DNA of 64,000 nt from Eledone cirrhosa (lineage: Eukaryota). Below the pieces are notes generated by a model. It saw only the letters and a program-made list of their open reading frames with translations, ran no database searches and was not told where the DNA came from. Positions 1 through 17,370 of this stretch are shown here, one piece after another; position 1 is the stretch's first letter, and every line of letters begins with the position of its first letter. Position numbers and translations under genes: made by a program. The DNA lies in assembly GCA_964016885.1 (NCBI GenBank), contig OZ024745.1:20894001-20958000 (forward strand), written 5' to 3'.

Positions 1-400
<400 letters not shown>

Positions 401-688
401 TCTTCTCTTTTACTTTAGGCCCCTGACATACCAGATTACCATCGTTAATATGTGGCCATTTTCTCCATCTTGACCAGAGGAAGTCGGATGGATCATTAGA
501 CGGAATTTCCTAAAGTATTTCTGTTAGTATTGTTGTTGTTATTTTGTTTTTGTTGTCGTGGTTGTCGTGGTTGTTGTTGTTGTTGTTGTTGTTGTTTAAC
601 CCAAGTGAGAGCCACAGTAGAGCCACAATCCAATGCTGGAACAGCAGTGATCATCACCATCCAATATATCTTTATTCAAGTCGATAAT

Positions 689-841
689 GTAGCGAATTGG
701 CAGAGTCATTAGAACTTCGGATAGAATGGTTTCTGCTATTTGTTTTGGCCCTCTGCTCTCCTAGTTCAAATCCCACCGAGGACAACTTTCTTTTCATACA
801 TTCAGGGTTGATAAAAAAGTACCAGTCTAGTACTGGTGTCG
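689..841 (+). mobile_element. Diverged tRNA-derived SINE copy
   Basis: B-box-like agttcaaatcccaccgagg followed by gataaaaaagtaccagt, matching the younger copies at 6435, 61302 and 62744. Confidence 0.75.
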
Positions 842-1447
842 CTTTTTCCTCTATATCTCTTTCTCATTTCCATTCTCTTAATCTCTCTATACCTCTCTGG
901 AAGAAATCTGCTGTATTCAGACTTAGATAGGATTGTGCTCCAGCAGGTTTAGAAAATGCCTTAGAAACGCTGTCAATACGGCACTCCGGGAGTTACGAGA
1001 CCATGCAGATAAGTTTTGGCTGTTATTTCTAAATGGGTGATTGGACAAGCAGATGCACTATCTAAAGCACTGTTGTTCTGCGTTTCAGTGTGAGAAGATG
1101 AGGGCATGGTGACTTTTTAATAAAGAGAAAGGGGGTGCAATATTGTGGGAAACGTGTGGGAAACCTCGTTATAAGGACTACATGGAGATATTAGCTCTAA
1201 TGGAACTAATATTTGCCACTCTATAGTTTCTACACTGCCGTATGAAGATTAGTATGTTTGAAATCACGTGTCCTGTGGTCAACATGGAATCAAGGACAAT
1301 TTCTTAGTCCCCCACCCCCACCCCAATAATGCATGCAGAAGAGACAACGAGTAGAGCATATATAAATGTTCAAACTCACACACCCATGATACCCCTAATG
1401 TACGTACCTCTGCTCGCTAGATGCATACACTCATGACTCCTCTAGAG

Positions 1448-1742
1448 TGGCGTTTTTCAACCTTTTTACACTTGTGGAACCCTTGAAATAGTTTTCATGT
1501 TTCAGGGAACCCCTGCATAAATATTATTATATATCCTTATCAATACCTATCTCTTTTAGAAGTTGAACCCTTTATCATGATAGCCAAGGATTTTCCATCA
1601 ATATGTCGTACCTGTATAGTGAAATTATGAATATGAAATTTAACAAAAATGCATTACTTTATTCATCAGTGTTTCTCGCAGACGCCCTGGCGACATCTTG
1701 CGAAACCCTTGAGTTCCGAGGTACAAATGTTGAGAAACGTTA
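1448..1742. mobile_element. hAT/Charlie-type MITE (295 bp)
   Basis: TIRs tggcgtttttcaac / gttgagaaacgtta; 8-bp TSD ctctagag (1440-1447) / ctctagaa (1743-1750) of the NTCTAGAN type. Confidence 0.8.
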
Positions 1743-1891
1743 CTCTAGAAAGTTACAGGTGTGCACCTTGATCACCAGACGCGCACACCTATGACTCCTC
1801 TAGAGAGCTACAGGTGTGCACCTTGATCACCAGACGCGCACACCTATGACTCCTCTAGAGAGCTACAGGTGTGCACCTTGATCACCAGACG
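1743..1891. repeat. 55-bp minisatellite, about 2.7 units plus an upstream partial unit
   Basis: gtgcaccttgatcaccagacg recurs at 1761, 1816 and 1871. Confidence 0.9.
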
Positions 1892-2398
1892 TACCTGCAT
1901 CAGTTATTAGCTGTCGAGACACTGCATCCTTTAAAACCTCCATGCTTCCTGAGATTCGCCAACACTACACCTAATATTCCCCCTCCATACGCACACACTC
2001 ATGTATATCATGACTCATACACTATTCACATTTGTATTTTATTCTATGTACTATACATGCACCTTTGATGAGTTGTGGTGCACCTGAGCACTTTACACAA
2101 TAATTTCATTATTATTATTATTATCATCAAACCATTCTATTATCAATGTTACTGTTATTATTCATTTTTTCTAATTATTATTGGTATTTATGTTGCCGAC
2201 GGTTTTATATTGTTTTTCTGTTAACGATTTACTGCTGTTGGTACTGTTTGTTTGTAATTTTTGCTGTTTTTATTGTTGCTGTTTCTGTATAGTTTGTTTT
2301 TGTTTTACTTCATTTTTTAGTTTTATTTGTTCTAACTAATGGTTCTGATGGTGAAATTATTATTGTTATTGGTGCAGCTGTTAATATTCTAATGACTA

Positions 2399-4345
<1,947 letters not shown>

Positions 4346-4427
4346 GGTAAAGTGGGACATTATCATGATGGTGATGGTGGATGTGTAGAACAATGGAGGA
4401 GGGGAGGAGAATCATCAGCAAAGGTGA

Positions 4428-4620
4428 TAATTGTTTCTACTTTTGGCACAAGGCCAGCAATTACCCTAGTGCATTACTGGTACTTTATTTTATCGACCCC
4501 GTAAGGATGAATGGCAAAGTTAACCTCGGCAGGATTTGAACTCAGACTGTAAAGGGGCATAACTTTATGCTGCAAAGCATGGTGTCAGACCTCTACCGAT
4601 TCTGCCAATCCACTTCCCTT
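4428..4620 (-). mobile_element. tRNA-derived SINE, full length
   Basis: Reverse complement of the ~190-bp family consensus (ggatttgaactcag; tactttattttatcgaccccgtaaggatg; ttgtttctacttttggcacaaggccag). Confidence 0.9.
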
Positions 4621-4771
4621 ATTAATAATAATTCAAGTTAGATATCGTATGTATCATCGATATATATATAATGTAGTAGACATTACACATGCCTTTACCT
4701 TTTAGATTGGAGCATGGAACACCTAGATTCGAGAGAGTGTCAAACAAGAAGCCTACTAAAAACAGTATATA

Positions 4772-4961
4772 TGAGGGTAGCCTGAAACGTTTATAGGCTG
4801 ACTCTGAAGGAGTGATGCTGGAGCTGTTAAATACTGCATGGATTAATTTCAACTCTTTTTGTTAATAACTGCTTTGTTTCTTTGTAGGGACTGAGTTGAA
4901 AAATGAACCTAATTCCATGAGAGTATCATGGTCGGCCTATGAATTTTTCATCCGACTATCG
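4772..4961. mobile_element. Tc1/mariner-type MITE (~190 bp); related copies at 21890-22076, 24341-24522 and 35973-36162
   Basis: Imperfect TIRs tgagggtagcctgaaacgtttataggctgac / gtcggcctatgaatttttcatccgactatcg with TA flanks; the internal sequence is shared by four copies in the window. Confidence 0.75.
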
Positions 4962-5299
4962 TACTACACAATATGTCTGACAACTATCGGTAGATAAGAG
5001 GGTAGAGGACTAATAAGGGACCAGGAATTATATAAGAAAAGAATTAACAATCGTGCTTCGTTGTTTATTATGATTGTAAAAAACTTTAGCTATACAATTC
5101 TCACAAGAAACGACTTAGATTTCAACCAGTTAATACAACTCTAAAACATAAAAAAGACATATTGATGACATATAATTCAACCACGATGATTCATAAACTG
5201 GATTCCTCATGTATAAATAAAGAATACATTCGACCTGAATGGGTAAACAGAAACTACATCATTCCCGACGGCAGAACATGCCATTACTACAAGATATTT

Positions 5300-5810
5300 A
5301 AAGAATTATCCACAATTTCAATGTCAAATGCCATATGACTGGTTGCAAGGTAGCATCAATTCTCTATGTACGCTTATTCGTCTTATGTCCACTGCTTCAA
5401 GAAAAAGTAATATGGTGTATGTGTTTTTAAAACATCCACCTGTTTTAAAAAAAGATGATTACCTGAAATTTCTATGGAGCTCTAGTCTATAGACAGACCA
5501 CCAGATGGCATGTAATATACCTGTCATAATTTTCTATGACAAAAATGTCAAAAGTTATACCACATGACTATAATATTGAAGAGAAACCTGTTAGAAAGCT
5601 AAAAAAAATTACTGTGACATAACTGTAGAATTTAAATAACTATGGCCGTTAAGGAATGCATCCATCATCTCATTGGCAATTGGCAATACTGGACTGATAT
5701 ACAAGCAACACTGTGTAGACATTGATAGATTAACTATAAGGATAACATCCACATGTTCTAGAAAATAACAATACTGGGATTTATATTGTTAGAATATTCT
5801 TACACAATAT
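5300..5810 (+). pseudogene. Decayed restriction-like endonuclease (RLE) domain of an R4/Dong-type non-LTR retrotransposon
   Basis: Translates with stops and frameshifts as LKFLWSSSL*TDHQMACNIPVIIFYDK...IPHDYNIEEK...KYCDITVEFK*LWPLRNASIISLAIGNTGLI, matching the KILWD..IQTD...NRPD...IP.D.N...EK..KY..L..E...LW......P..IG..G pattern. Confidence 0.7.
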
Positions 5811-6213
5811 TTGGTAATCTTGAATAATTGTATACATATTTGGAACATAAACAGCAGCATAACAACAATAACAACCTCGCAACAACATATTCCATCATTG
5901 GTTCATATGTAGCATATGTACGTCTCAAGTTAAGCTCAATTCTGGATCAAATATAGCATATGAGTGACTCAAGTTAAGTTCATGTCTTGTTGATAAATGG
6001 CTCAAATGTAGTATATGTATGACTCATGTCTTGTTCATGTTTAGCCCATGTCTAGCTTGTCTACTATAGCATGACTGAAGACGACAGTCAATAAAGCAAG
6101 GTAAGTGACTTATAATTATTATTACCCTTAATCAGGGTTAGTAAAACCGGGAGGGAGAGGGCGAGCAGATAAATAAATAGTTGAACATCATTGAACAACA
6201 TTGTATGAACACT

Positions 6214-6757
6214 AGGGTGGATTGGCAGTATGGATAGAGTGTTGGAGAACATGCTTTGCAGCATATAGTCACTTCCCTTTACACTCTGACTTCAAATCCC
6301 ACCTGGGTTAGCTTTGCTTTTCACCATTACAGAGTCGATAAAATATAGTACCTGTGACGCACTGGGGTCGATTCAATCGAGTCTCCCTTTTCCCTCAAAA
6401 TTGTTGGCCTTGTGCCTGAATCGTAAACCATTATCGGTGAATTGGCAGTATTGGTAGAGGGTCGGATGCCATGCTTCCTAGCATAGTTACGTCCCTTTAC
6501 AGTCTGAGTTCAAATCCCGCCGAGGTTAACTTTGCCTTTCATCCTTACGGGGTCGATAAAATAAAGTACCAGTAATGTACTGGGTAATTGCTGGCCTTGT
6601 GCCTAAAGTAGAAACAATTATTACAGAGTAACAGTTGCTGTGAGACCAACATAGATTCACATTGCCTTTAAAGTACCAGTTATGCACTGGGATGATTTAA
6701 TCGACTTTACCTTTTCCCAAATTACTGGCTTTGTAGCTAAATCAGAAACTATTATTT
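6214..6757 (+). mobile_element. Cluster of three SINE copies (6214-6432 long variant, 6435-6622 young copy, 6650-6757 3' fragment)
   Basis: Repeated gttcaaatccc B-box and gataaaataaagtaccagt motifs. Confidence 0.85.
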
Positions 6758-7045
6758 CAAACACTAACACGTTTGATCTACCATCACCATCCACCAACAC
6801 GAGGAACCACGACAACAAAACCATCAGACAACCACTTTCTATGACACCCCTTCCTTTACATTACACCTCTTTAGGTTGTAACACAAATGTCCACAACACA
6901 ACTTTATACCATTCTCCACATTGGCTGCAACATCACAATAATGAGGTAAACAACACCAAGACACCATTACTATCTTCACACCGTGTAACTATCTCCACCG
7001 ACCACTACTACCACTACCATCATAATGACTGCTACTATGACACCC

Positions 7046-7047
7046 AT

Positions 7048-7100
<53 letters not shown>

Positions 7101-7119
7101 TTACTACTACTACTACTAT

Positions 7120-7179
<60 letters not shown>

Positions 7180-7186
7180 CACCACC

Positions 7187-7238
<52 letters not shown>

Positions 7239-7399
7239 TTACTACTACTACTACTACTACTACCACTACTACTACTACTACTACTATCACCAATACACGT
7301 ATTCACACCACATATATCACCAGTATTAACAATGACGTATAACTCCACAACCACCACCAACACCACCGCCACTGCCACCGATACCATCACTACCACCAC

Positions 7400-7436
<37 letters not shown>

Positions 7437-8026
7437 ACCACCACCACCATCAACACCACAAACACGATCACCACCACCACCACCACCGACACCATCACCA
7501 CCACCACTACTACCACCACTACCACCACCACCATCACCACCACCACCACTACCACCACCACCAACACCAACACCACTACCACCACCACCCACCACCGACT
7601 CCATCACCACCACCACCACTACCACCACCACCACCAACACGATCACCACCACCACCACTACCACCGCCACTACCGCCACCACCACGACCACCACCACCAC
7701 CATCACAACTCACTTCCTCATACTACTAAGAAGATCACCATGCAGACAAAAAAGAAATAAAATAGGGTAAAATATTGAAAGACAACAACAACAGTAACAA
7801 CAACAATATCAAATAAACTCGCCAATAAAAGATGGCGTCTGATTTTAGAATCGATCACGACAGATGTATGGAGGACATTGTTGAAATGAATAACTAGGTT
7901 TAACAGGTTATAATCTAATGTTTCTCAACATCGTAACACACACACACACACACACACACATCTCTCTCTCTTCCCCCCCCCTCTCTCTATATATATATCT
8001 ATAGATAGATAGAGATAGATAGATAG

Positions 8027-8125
<99 letters not shown>

Positions 8126-8260
8126 CATAGACAAATACATAAATACATACACATATATGTTCATACATACATACACAAGCACATCACAAATACGTATATA
8201 TATATATATGTATGTGTGTGTATGTGCATATGTGTATGTGTATTTGTATGTGTATATGTC

Positions 8261-8311
<51 letters not shown>

Positions 8312-8354
8312 ATATATATATGTATATATATATATGTATATATGTATATATATA

Positions 8355-8429
<75 letters not shown>

Positions 8430-8507
8430 ATATATATATGTATATATATATATATATGTATATATGTATATATATATGTATATATATCTATATATATATA
8501 TATATAT

Positions 8508-8574
<67 letters not shown>

Positions 8575-8964
8575 CACATATATATACATACACACATGTA
8601 AATATGTACATATGTGAGTGTGTGTATGTAATGTATGAATGAATATTATTTCACTCTACAACTGAATGGGTAAGTGAATATATGTAGATAAAAGTGTATG
8701 TATATAATTGCGCCAGTTCAGTTGTGTTTACACACACATGCACACACACACATACACATACACACACATACATACATACATACGTTCACACATACACACA
8801 CACATAGAAACAGAAACCAACAGGTGCAAATATACGCATACAAACATATTTCTATATATGTACTCCATCCATTTGTAGACTACAACGATGTTCCTTAAGT
8901 ACAATTAATTCAACTGTGTACATATTTATTCATATACAAGAATAGACAGCCATAGATATATTTT

Positions 8965-8996
<32 letters not shown>

Positions 8997-9146
8997 TGTA
9001 TGTATGTATGTATGTATGTATGTATGATGTATGTATGTATGTATGTATGTATGTATGTATGTATGTATGTATGTATGTATGTATATATGTACGCATATCT
9101 GTATTTATGTAGGTCTGTACACATACATTTATGCCTGTATACCTTC

Positions 9147-9210
<64 letters not shown>

Positions 9211-9277
9211 CTAGTACTTAGTACTACCCTACATATTTATAGTTCTATCAAACATATATAAATATAAATATAAATAT

Positions 9278-9320
<43 letters not shown>

Positions 9321-9377
9321 TAAATATATATATATATTTATATATATATATATATATATGCATCACCACACACACAC

Positions 9378-9451
<74 letters not shown>

Positions 9452-9460
9452 AAACATATA
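7046..9460. repeat. Microsatellite block: (CTA)n, (CAC)n, (GATA)n, (TA)n, (TG)n, (TATG)n
   Basis: Direct reading. Confidence 0.95.
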
Positions 9461-10294
9461 TATGTGTGTGTCTCTGTGTGCCTCTGTGTGTATCTGTGTG
9501 GTGATGTATGTGTGTAAATGAAATTTGCTTAGAGATATGTAGTTTTGTGTGATGGTGCGTGTGTATAGAGCTAATCCTTGCTATAATATTTATGTAAATA
9601 TATATGCCTGTAAATTGTAGATTTATCCATGTGAGTGTATGGCTACGTGTCAAGATCTATATATCTGTTCATACGTCTTTTATGTTCGTAAACCTTATGA
9701 GATTAATAGAGTTGCGTGTGAAGACAATACTTATTAAAATGTGAGTGATAATACTACATCAAACAAACAGTTTGTTCTTGAGGATACCGTGTCATGATAC
9801 GTCTGCATGTGCTGTATGTTCTGCTATGATTATGTATATAATGTGATATTTTTGACTTAGGGATGCTATCAAGACGTATGATATATGTTTGTTTGTTGTT
9901 TTAGGAATCAATCGAAGGTCATCATGGAGTAACTTCCTTAACAAGGGTAGACACTGGAGAATCTTGGGATCGATAAAGTTGATGATCAGCTTTAAACTCC
10001 GAAGGACGACATATGTAAAATAAAATAAAAAAAAAAATAAAAAAAAAAAAGAAACATCGACCTTAACGACTCTCTACATCGTCTGTCAAATTTTAGAAAT
10101 AGCAGCCAAATTTTCCTCAAATCACACAAACTGTGACTGTCATAAATAAGGAACAATATATACAGTACTCCTAGATACACTGTGTGAAATAAAACAAAAC
10201 ATGATGGTGGTGGTCTGGGAGGCAATGCCTTTCATCACAGGCTGCTCATGGGACTAAACATAGCAACACAAAACATCATGGGTAGAGAGAGTAT

Positions 10295-10520
10295 TTCTCT
10301 GAGCAAAACACTTTATTTCATGTTCCTCCAGGCCACCCATCTGGTAAAAATGAGTTGTATCTGTACTTTAAAGGGCCACTCTTGTCACAGACTGTGTTAC
10401 GCTGAATCTTCCTGAGAACTACGTAATTGATGCACTTGTCAGCTACTTACACGTTAATTTCACAAACAGGCTGTTCCGTTGATCGAATCAACGGGATAAC
10501 TCTTCGTCGTAACAGGTGGA
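10295..10520 (+). mobile_element. Second SINE family (CORE-like) fragment; related copy at 23580-23795
   Basis: Shared aaaaatgagttgta...ctgaatct(t/c)cctgagaactacgt...cacgttaatttca between the two loci. Confidence 0.65.
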
Positions 10521-11084
10521 AGACCAACATCAAATTAAAACCCATGTTTGCTGTGACAAGTAAGCATGTGGAGGATGATGAAAAGATCATCGAGGCAGAT
10601 CCTGAGAGATGGTCAAGGAACGAAGGTGATGTGACTAGCTGCTTCCGTCCTAGAGCAACCAAATCATATTTATACAAAAACTGCCCTGAAATGGATTCAA
10701 ACAGGAGGGAAAAGAAACCATTTAGTTGGGCTTAAAGGCTATCAACAGTTGCTAGTAACACATAGAACATGTATCGATGACTCGACAGAAGAATTACTGC
10801 CCGATTCGCTAACGTGTGAGGGAAGGACTAACTAACTGACTAACTGACAGACTAATGACTAACTAAACTAACTAAATGCGTTGCTAAACTTTTACATAAT
10901 GGAGTATAGTATTATATATTGTAGTCGTTACCACTTTACTAATAAATCGTATAAAAGTGAGAGAAACTTGTGTAGAAAAACAAAGTAAGTGAAATGGTGG
11001 ACAGCATGAATACCTTTACTGTACGGTATAGTAATTTTTCCGAAGCAATTTCGGATCATAGTTAAAGAAAGGAACTTAACTCAC

Positions 11085-11129
11085 CATTGCGGCTTTTCTC
11101 TTTAGTTGAGGCGGTTGAAATTTTTCTCT
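11085..11129 (-). other. Candidate 45-nt exon ending in ATG
   Basis: Minus strand reads tgtcattgcag|AGAGAAA...GCCGCAATG|gtgagt, with a canonical acceptor and a strong donor. Confidence 0.4.
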
Positions 11130-11480
11130 CTGCAATGACAATATATTTTAGACTTGAATGAGAGAAGCCAACAACACATATTTCTACAATAGGATAATGT
11201 AGTTGATTTTTTTGTTGTTCATTTTTTAATATATTTTTTTTATCAGGAAAAATAGGAGGCAAACGACAGGAGGAAACAAAAGAGATCGAAAGAAAAAAAA
11301 TACATAGAACGAACGAAATGAATGAAGGAAAGATAATGTAAAATACGATAAAATATGAAGGAAAACAAGAGGAGGATGAAAGAAAAGAAAGCAAAAAAGA
11401 AAAACCAAGGTGGAAAGAAAACGAAAACTAAGAATATATATATATATAGGAGTCCAGAAATAGCCGTCGGGGTCATACTT

Positions 11481-11546
<66 letters not shown>

Positions 11547-12367
11547 GTGTATATATAATGAAATATATATATGTATATACAATTAAATAAAATGAATAAT
11601 TAAATGACAAAAATTATACAAGAAAGATAGAACGATTAAATGGAGACCAGAAAAGGTGAACGAAAAAAAGAAAAAAGAATGAAAGAAAGAAAAAAAAGAA
11701 AATGTTGGTGTATAGAATGAAATGAATAATATTAAGGCAAATGAAAATGACAGTAAAGAATATAAAAAAGGAATGAATGAATAAATATAGGAAGAATGAA
11801 ATAAAAATTAGGAGATAAGGATGGAAGGAAGATATATATATGAAATGGAAGGAAAAAGGAAAGAAAAGAATAAAAATGTAGGTAAAGATAAATGAGAAAA
11901 GGATAGGGTGGATATAAGAAAGAAAATATGGATGAAACAGATAGATGGATTAATGAATGAAGGAATGAGGCGTTGAAGGAAGAAAGACATAGTAAAAGAA
12001 ATAAAATTTACGGAAAAAAGAAAAAGATATTGAAAGAGAGAAAGAGAGTATCAGAGAAGAAAGATATAGGAAAAAGAAAGAAGTAATGAAAAAAAATAGA
12101 GAAAGAGAATAAGACAGAAAAGAAATGAAAGCAGAGAAGCGAGAAAAAAAAGAAAAAGAAGAAGAGAAGGTAAGAACGAGAAGAGCAAAGCAGTGAACAA
12201 TATAGATGGCAAAAGTGATACAGATATAGAGAGGGTGAGAATGAAAGTGTGGGAAAGAGAGAGAGAACGAAAGGGGAAAGGTTAAAAAGTATGTATATAT
12301 ATATATATATATATATGCACATACATATATATATATATAATATATAATATAATATATATATATATAT

Positions 12368-12482
<115 letters not shown>

Positions 12483-12518
12483 CATACCTAATATATATAT
12501 ATATATACACATACATAC

Positions 12519-12606
<88 letters not shown>

Positions 12607-12639
12607 AAAGAAAGAAAAAGAATAAGAATAAAAATGAAA

Positions 12640-12760
12640 TGAAAAATGGCCGCCCAACCGGAAGCAAATATAACACGTTGCCCATTGTCCCGAGAGAAAT
12701 GACGCCCAGTTGTTATTTACCTTCGCGCCATTTTGTAGTGGAAACTCTTCTGGGTCTCCA
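12640..12760 (-). promoter_or_regulatory. Candidate promoter/first exon: CpG-containing patch with two YY1-like sites, an ETS-like site and a splice donor
   Basis: aaaatggccgcc, ccggaag and cgccatttt; minus strand caaaatggcgcgaag|gtaaat with the donor at 12720. Confidence 0.4.
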
Positions 12761-13170
12761 CACATACCCTCAAGAGATATTTAATGGCTTTTCGTCGTAT
12801 TGTCACGTCCTAGCCTTAAGGCCAATACAAACACACATCCACATACAGACACACGCCTAAACATACATACACATACACTTACACCCATACACATGCATAC
12901 AAACACATACGTTCGAAACTTACACACACGCTAAATTGTATGCATAGATATACGCAAATACAAACATACAAACTCACACAAACACATACATAAAAATATA
13001 TGCAAACACGCACACACACATATATGCACACACATGTGCATATACAAACACCAAAAAGCACATGCATAGAACACATACATACACAAATATACGCGTAAAC
13101 ACGCACAAACACAAATAGAACATACATACACAGCAGCATCAAGAATCATACAAACGGACACATATACACG

Positions 13171-13217
<47 letters not shown>

Positions 13218-13584
13218 TAACTTATTCAAACATATATACATATATATACAAAGTCATATAAGCAAACACGTACAAGATACATATTCATAACTTACCTACA
13301 CCCTCATACATCCGTAAATACATACATACACACAGCACACACCTAGCCAGCGAACACGCATACATAGTACTGTACAGAAACACTTAAATATACTCTTGCA
13401 CGCATAGATACAAATACACACATGTAAACAGTAACATACACACAATATACATTCACACACTCACACATAGAGCGACACATACTAACATATAGTCCCTTTC
13501 TAACACAGATCTAAAATAACACTATCTCCTACTATCTCCTTCTATCTGTTTATCTACTGGATCTACTTATCTGTTAGTCTTTCG

Positions 13585-13737
13585 TTATGCTTTGGCGCCT
13601 AGAGTTACGGTCCTTGCCATTCTGAGTTCAAATCCCGCCGAAGTTAACTTTGCCTTTCATCCTTACGGGGTCGATAAAATAAAGTACCAGTAATACACTG
13701 GGTGATTGCTGGCCTTGTGCCAAAAGTAGAAACAGTT
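13585..13737 (+). mobile_element. tRNA-derived SINE, 5'-truncated
   Basis: High identity to family consensus. Confidence 0.85.
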
Positions 13738-13857
13738 AATGTATTTTACGTTTTATTTCTCTCTCACTCTCTATCAACCTATCTACCTATATGTGTGTGT
13801 GTATATATATAATACGATATTAAATAAATGGAAACTATATTTATAAAACCATATTTA

Positions 13858-13917
13858 TTTCATTATACATATTTCAGGGATACCAAATTAAAATATGATA
13901 TGCCTTCATCAGACAAA
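13858..13917 (-). ncRNA. Hammerhead-like motif, family I
   Basis: Minus strand CTGATGA-aggcatatc...ggtatccct-GAAA-TATGTATA-atgaaa; flank is homologous to the hairpin at 56470-56823. Confidence 0.55.
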
Positions 13918-14244
13918 ATACAATATATAAACAGTTTTATAAATAATTTTGACGTACCCTATTAGATGCGACCATTATTTTTGGAAGCTGTCTGGATAGT
14001 GAGATGTTTATAATTATTTTATTAGTTATAGTGTTAAGCACAGTTAGAAAAAAGACGGAGAGAAAGAAAAAACGGAGAGAGAGAAGGAGAGAGAAAAAGA
14101 AGGAGAGAGAGAAAAGGAATGTATGCAGAAAAGAAAGATATATATAAATAGATATCGTATATCTACTCCAAAAACTTGTCGAGTGCTTTATATCAGTTAT
14201 AAAATATTTACTTGTTGTATCCCAACAATTTTAAATAGAACTTT

Positions 14245-14296
<52 letters not shown>

Positions 14297-14649
14297 TATA
14301 TATATATATATAATATATATATTATATATTATATATATATTATATCTATATATATGCATATATATGGACACATATATATACAATATACGTATGTATGTAT
14401 ATATATATATATATATTTACATTCACACACACATACCACATACTCATATATATGTATATATATACAAGGTGAGCTCATAAAATGTATACACACTTCAACA
14501 GCATTCTAATAAATACTGCCTGTACAGATAATCAAAATATGTATACATTTCGGGGGGGGACACTCTCTATATATATATAACATACAGATTTACATTCATT
14601 CGCACACACATTCACAAACATATATATGAATATATTTATATACATATAG

Positions 14650-14786
<137 letters not shown>

Positions 14787-15706
14787 TGTGTAAGATCCTT
14801 TGGCAGCAACCATCTTTGGTCCCAATAACGTTGAAAAGACATTCCTATGTCTGGTTAGCGAGTTTAATATTGAGTTTTCTCCAATATTCCTTAGGAAGAC
14901 TTGATTCTTGATGGCAAGTAAAAAATGAGACTTACAACAACCATGTTGTTTGCAAGTTTTCTTGTTCTCTATATTCAATACGGAGGAAGTCTTGACAAGC
15001 TGACAATAACAGTTATAAACATTATATAATAGCTGAATAATGAGAAATATCTTTGTAGCAAATTCTGTGGTGAGCTGTCGTATGCTAAACCCATTGTGTA
15101 AGCTCGTTATTTTCTATGCAGTCCCTTCAAGACAAGAGAAGTTGAGACAGTCGATATTTAGCCTGCTCCTCTGTGTTTGATTCTTCATGAGATAAATGTA
15201 TAGGCTAGAAAGAAATTCAAGAATGCTGCAGAATAAAATAAGGAGGATTGAGTCAAGTATTTAGTAAAGTATTTTTCCGATGTTGGACTAAGAAAAAACA
15301 GCGTTTGGTAAGAAATCTAGTTCCTCGTCTGGGCTTTAGTGAAGATTCTGTTTGCTAGTTCGGAGAGATAGGTGTCATTTCTATATAGGAAAGGTTTACG
15401 AGACATAGAGAAGTAACATTTCCGAGAATCAATATCCTATAATTTGCTCAATTTCATATTTTTCGATAAGATATGGAGTATCTGTTTGTTTGTAGGATCT
15501 GCGCTGTTGCAGATAAGAGAGCTGTACAACGGAAGGATTTGTACTTGAACTTCGTAACGGGAGTCATTGATAAGATATGAATGTTTTATAAACCTAAAAA
15601 GGAAAGCTAGATTTTTAAATGAACATTAGGGGATGTCATAGTGATGTACATTAGGGGATGTCGATGTGATGTCATCGTGAATAATCAGATGGGAAGCTGG
15701 GATAAA

Positions 15707-15747
<41 letters not shown>

Positions 15748-15929
15748 GGTAAAGGGTAAAAACCCTTCGGTCACGAATGACTATGTAATTAACACCTAGA
15801 AAGTCCTCCTCTGAAGCACAAGTCTGCGCAAGGAGTTTTTGTGGAAGACCAGTGGTCGCCCCGCACGTACACCAGTTTCCCCTCTACAGAAGTTGTCAAA
15901 GGCACCAGTGATGTCACAACTCATTTCTA

Positions 15930-16055
15930 CTATAGACTGAATTGGAGCAACATGAAATAAAGTGACTTGTTTAAGAAAATAATGCATTGGCCAATCCGGG
16001 AATCGAACTCAGAAACTCACCATTGTGAATCCAAATGTCTAACCACTAACTCATG
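15930..16055 (-). mobile_element. tRNA/CORE-type SINE 5' part; related copies at 31720-31845, 46330-46475 and 46650-46785
   Basis: ggagcaac(a/g)tgaaataaagtg..ttg..caag...ggaatcgaac (reverse B-box) shared between copies. Confidence 0.65.
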
Positions 16056-16426
16056 CACACACACACACACACACACTCACACACACACATACACACATAT
16101 ATATATATATATACATATGCGCACACACATAAGTATATTTATACAAATATGCGTTCACAAATAAATATTTCTAAATCTGTCTGTGTGCTTGTGTGTGTGT
16201 GTGTGCATGTATGTATGTGTGTATGTGCGTGCGTGCGTGTATGTATGTATGTGTGTATGTGTTTGTGTGCAATGTCATTTTTGCCCCACTTGTCCTCCCT
16301 ACAGGCAGACATGTTACTTATAATTGGCAGTCACACAAATATTAGAAATATACACGCACACGTGCAAGCACAGACACACACATACACACACTCACACACA
16401 TGTATATATACACACACACGTGCAAG

Positions 16427-16458
<32 letters not shown>

Positions 16459-16478
16459 TATATACACACACACGTGCA

Positions 16479-16530
<52 letters not shown>

Positions 16531-17180
16531 CATTGTATATATACAAACAGTCTCTTTCTTACGTACTTCCTTTTCTTTATCTTGTTCTCTCTATCTCACC
16601 TTTACTTTCTTTTCTCTCCCTCTCCTCTGTCTCTTTATCTCAATCTCTCTCTCTCTCCCTCAACCCCTTTTCTCACTCTTTCTCCCTCTCTCTCTCTCTC
16701 TCTTTTTCTCTTTCTTTCTCACTCACTCTCTCTTTTCGTTATACACTATACCCTGCAATATACACAATCAATCAAGTAAGCTTACAGATATATACACATA
16801 AGTTCTAAGTCACATGTATGCACACGCCTCGGGGCTGAAACACATATAAAACAATATACAGAGAGAGTACACACACATATACTTACACACACACAAACAC
16901 ACACACAAACACACACACGCGCGTGCGCGAGCACTCACTCTACACTCACGCACTCACAGTATATCTGTGGAAAACATCTCTGATGCTTGTTCTACATACT
17001 GAATCAGAACGAAAAAAAACTTACTAAACGTAACGTAAGGGAGACAACTGCAATCACGTCATTTGATCAAAATGTTTTAAACAATCTAAACATAGTAAAT
17101 TTGAAATGTTGTTATATGTGGGGATGGTCATGTGGAGAGTATTGTCAATAAGATACAGACGTCTATATGATTTTTACTTT

Positions 17181-17349
17181 AAGGGCGGTGCTTTGGCAGT
17201 ATCGGTAGAGCGTCAGACACCATGCTTTGTAGCATAGTTATGGCCCTTTGCGTTCTGAGTTCAAATCCGCCGAAGTTAACTTTGCCTTGCATCCTTACGA
17301 GGTCGATAAAATAAAGTACCAGTGATGCACTGGGGTAATTACTGGGAAA
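17181..17349 (+). mobile_element. tRNA-derived SINE with 15-bp TSD
   Basis: tctatatgattttta at 17162-17176 and 17351-17365. Confidence 0.88.
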
Positions 17350-17370
17350 CTCTATATGATTTTTAGCTTA

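Noticed and set aside
1743-1891. Regular repeats as a CRISPR array
   Set aside because: Units are contiguous with no unique spacers, the context is eukaryotic, and there are no cas genes
14830-15640. Possible decayed retroelement ORF on the minus strand
   Set aside because: No diagnostic motif recovered by eye
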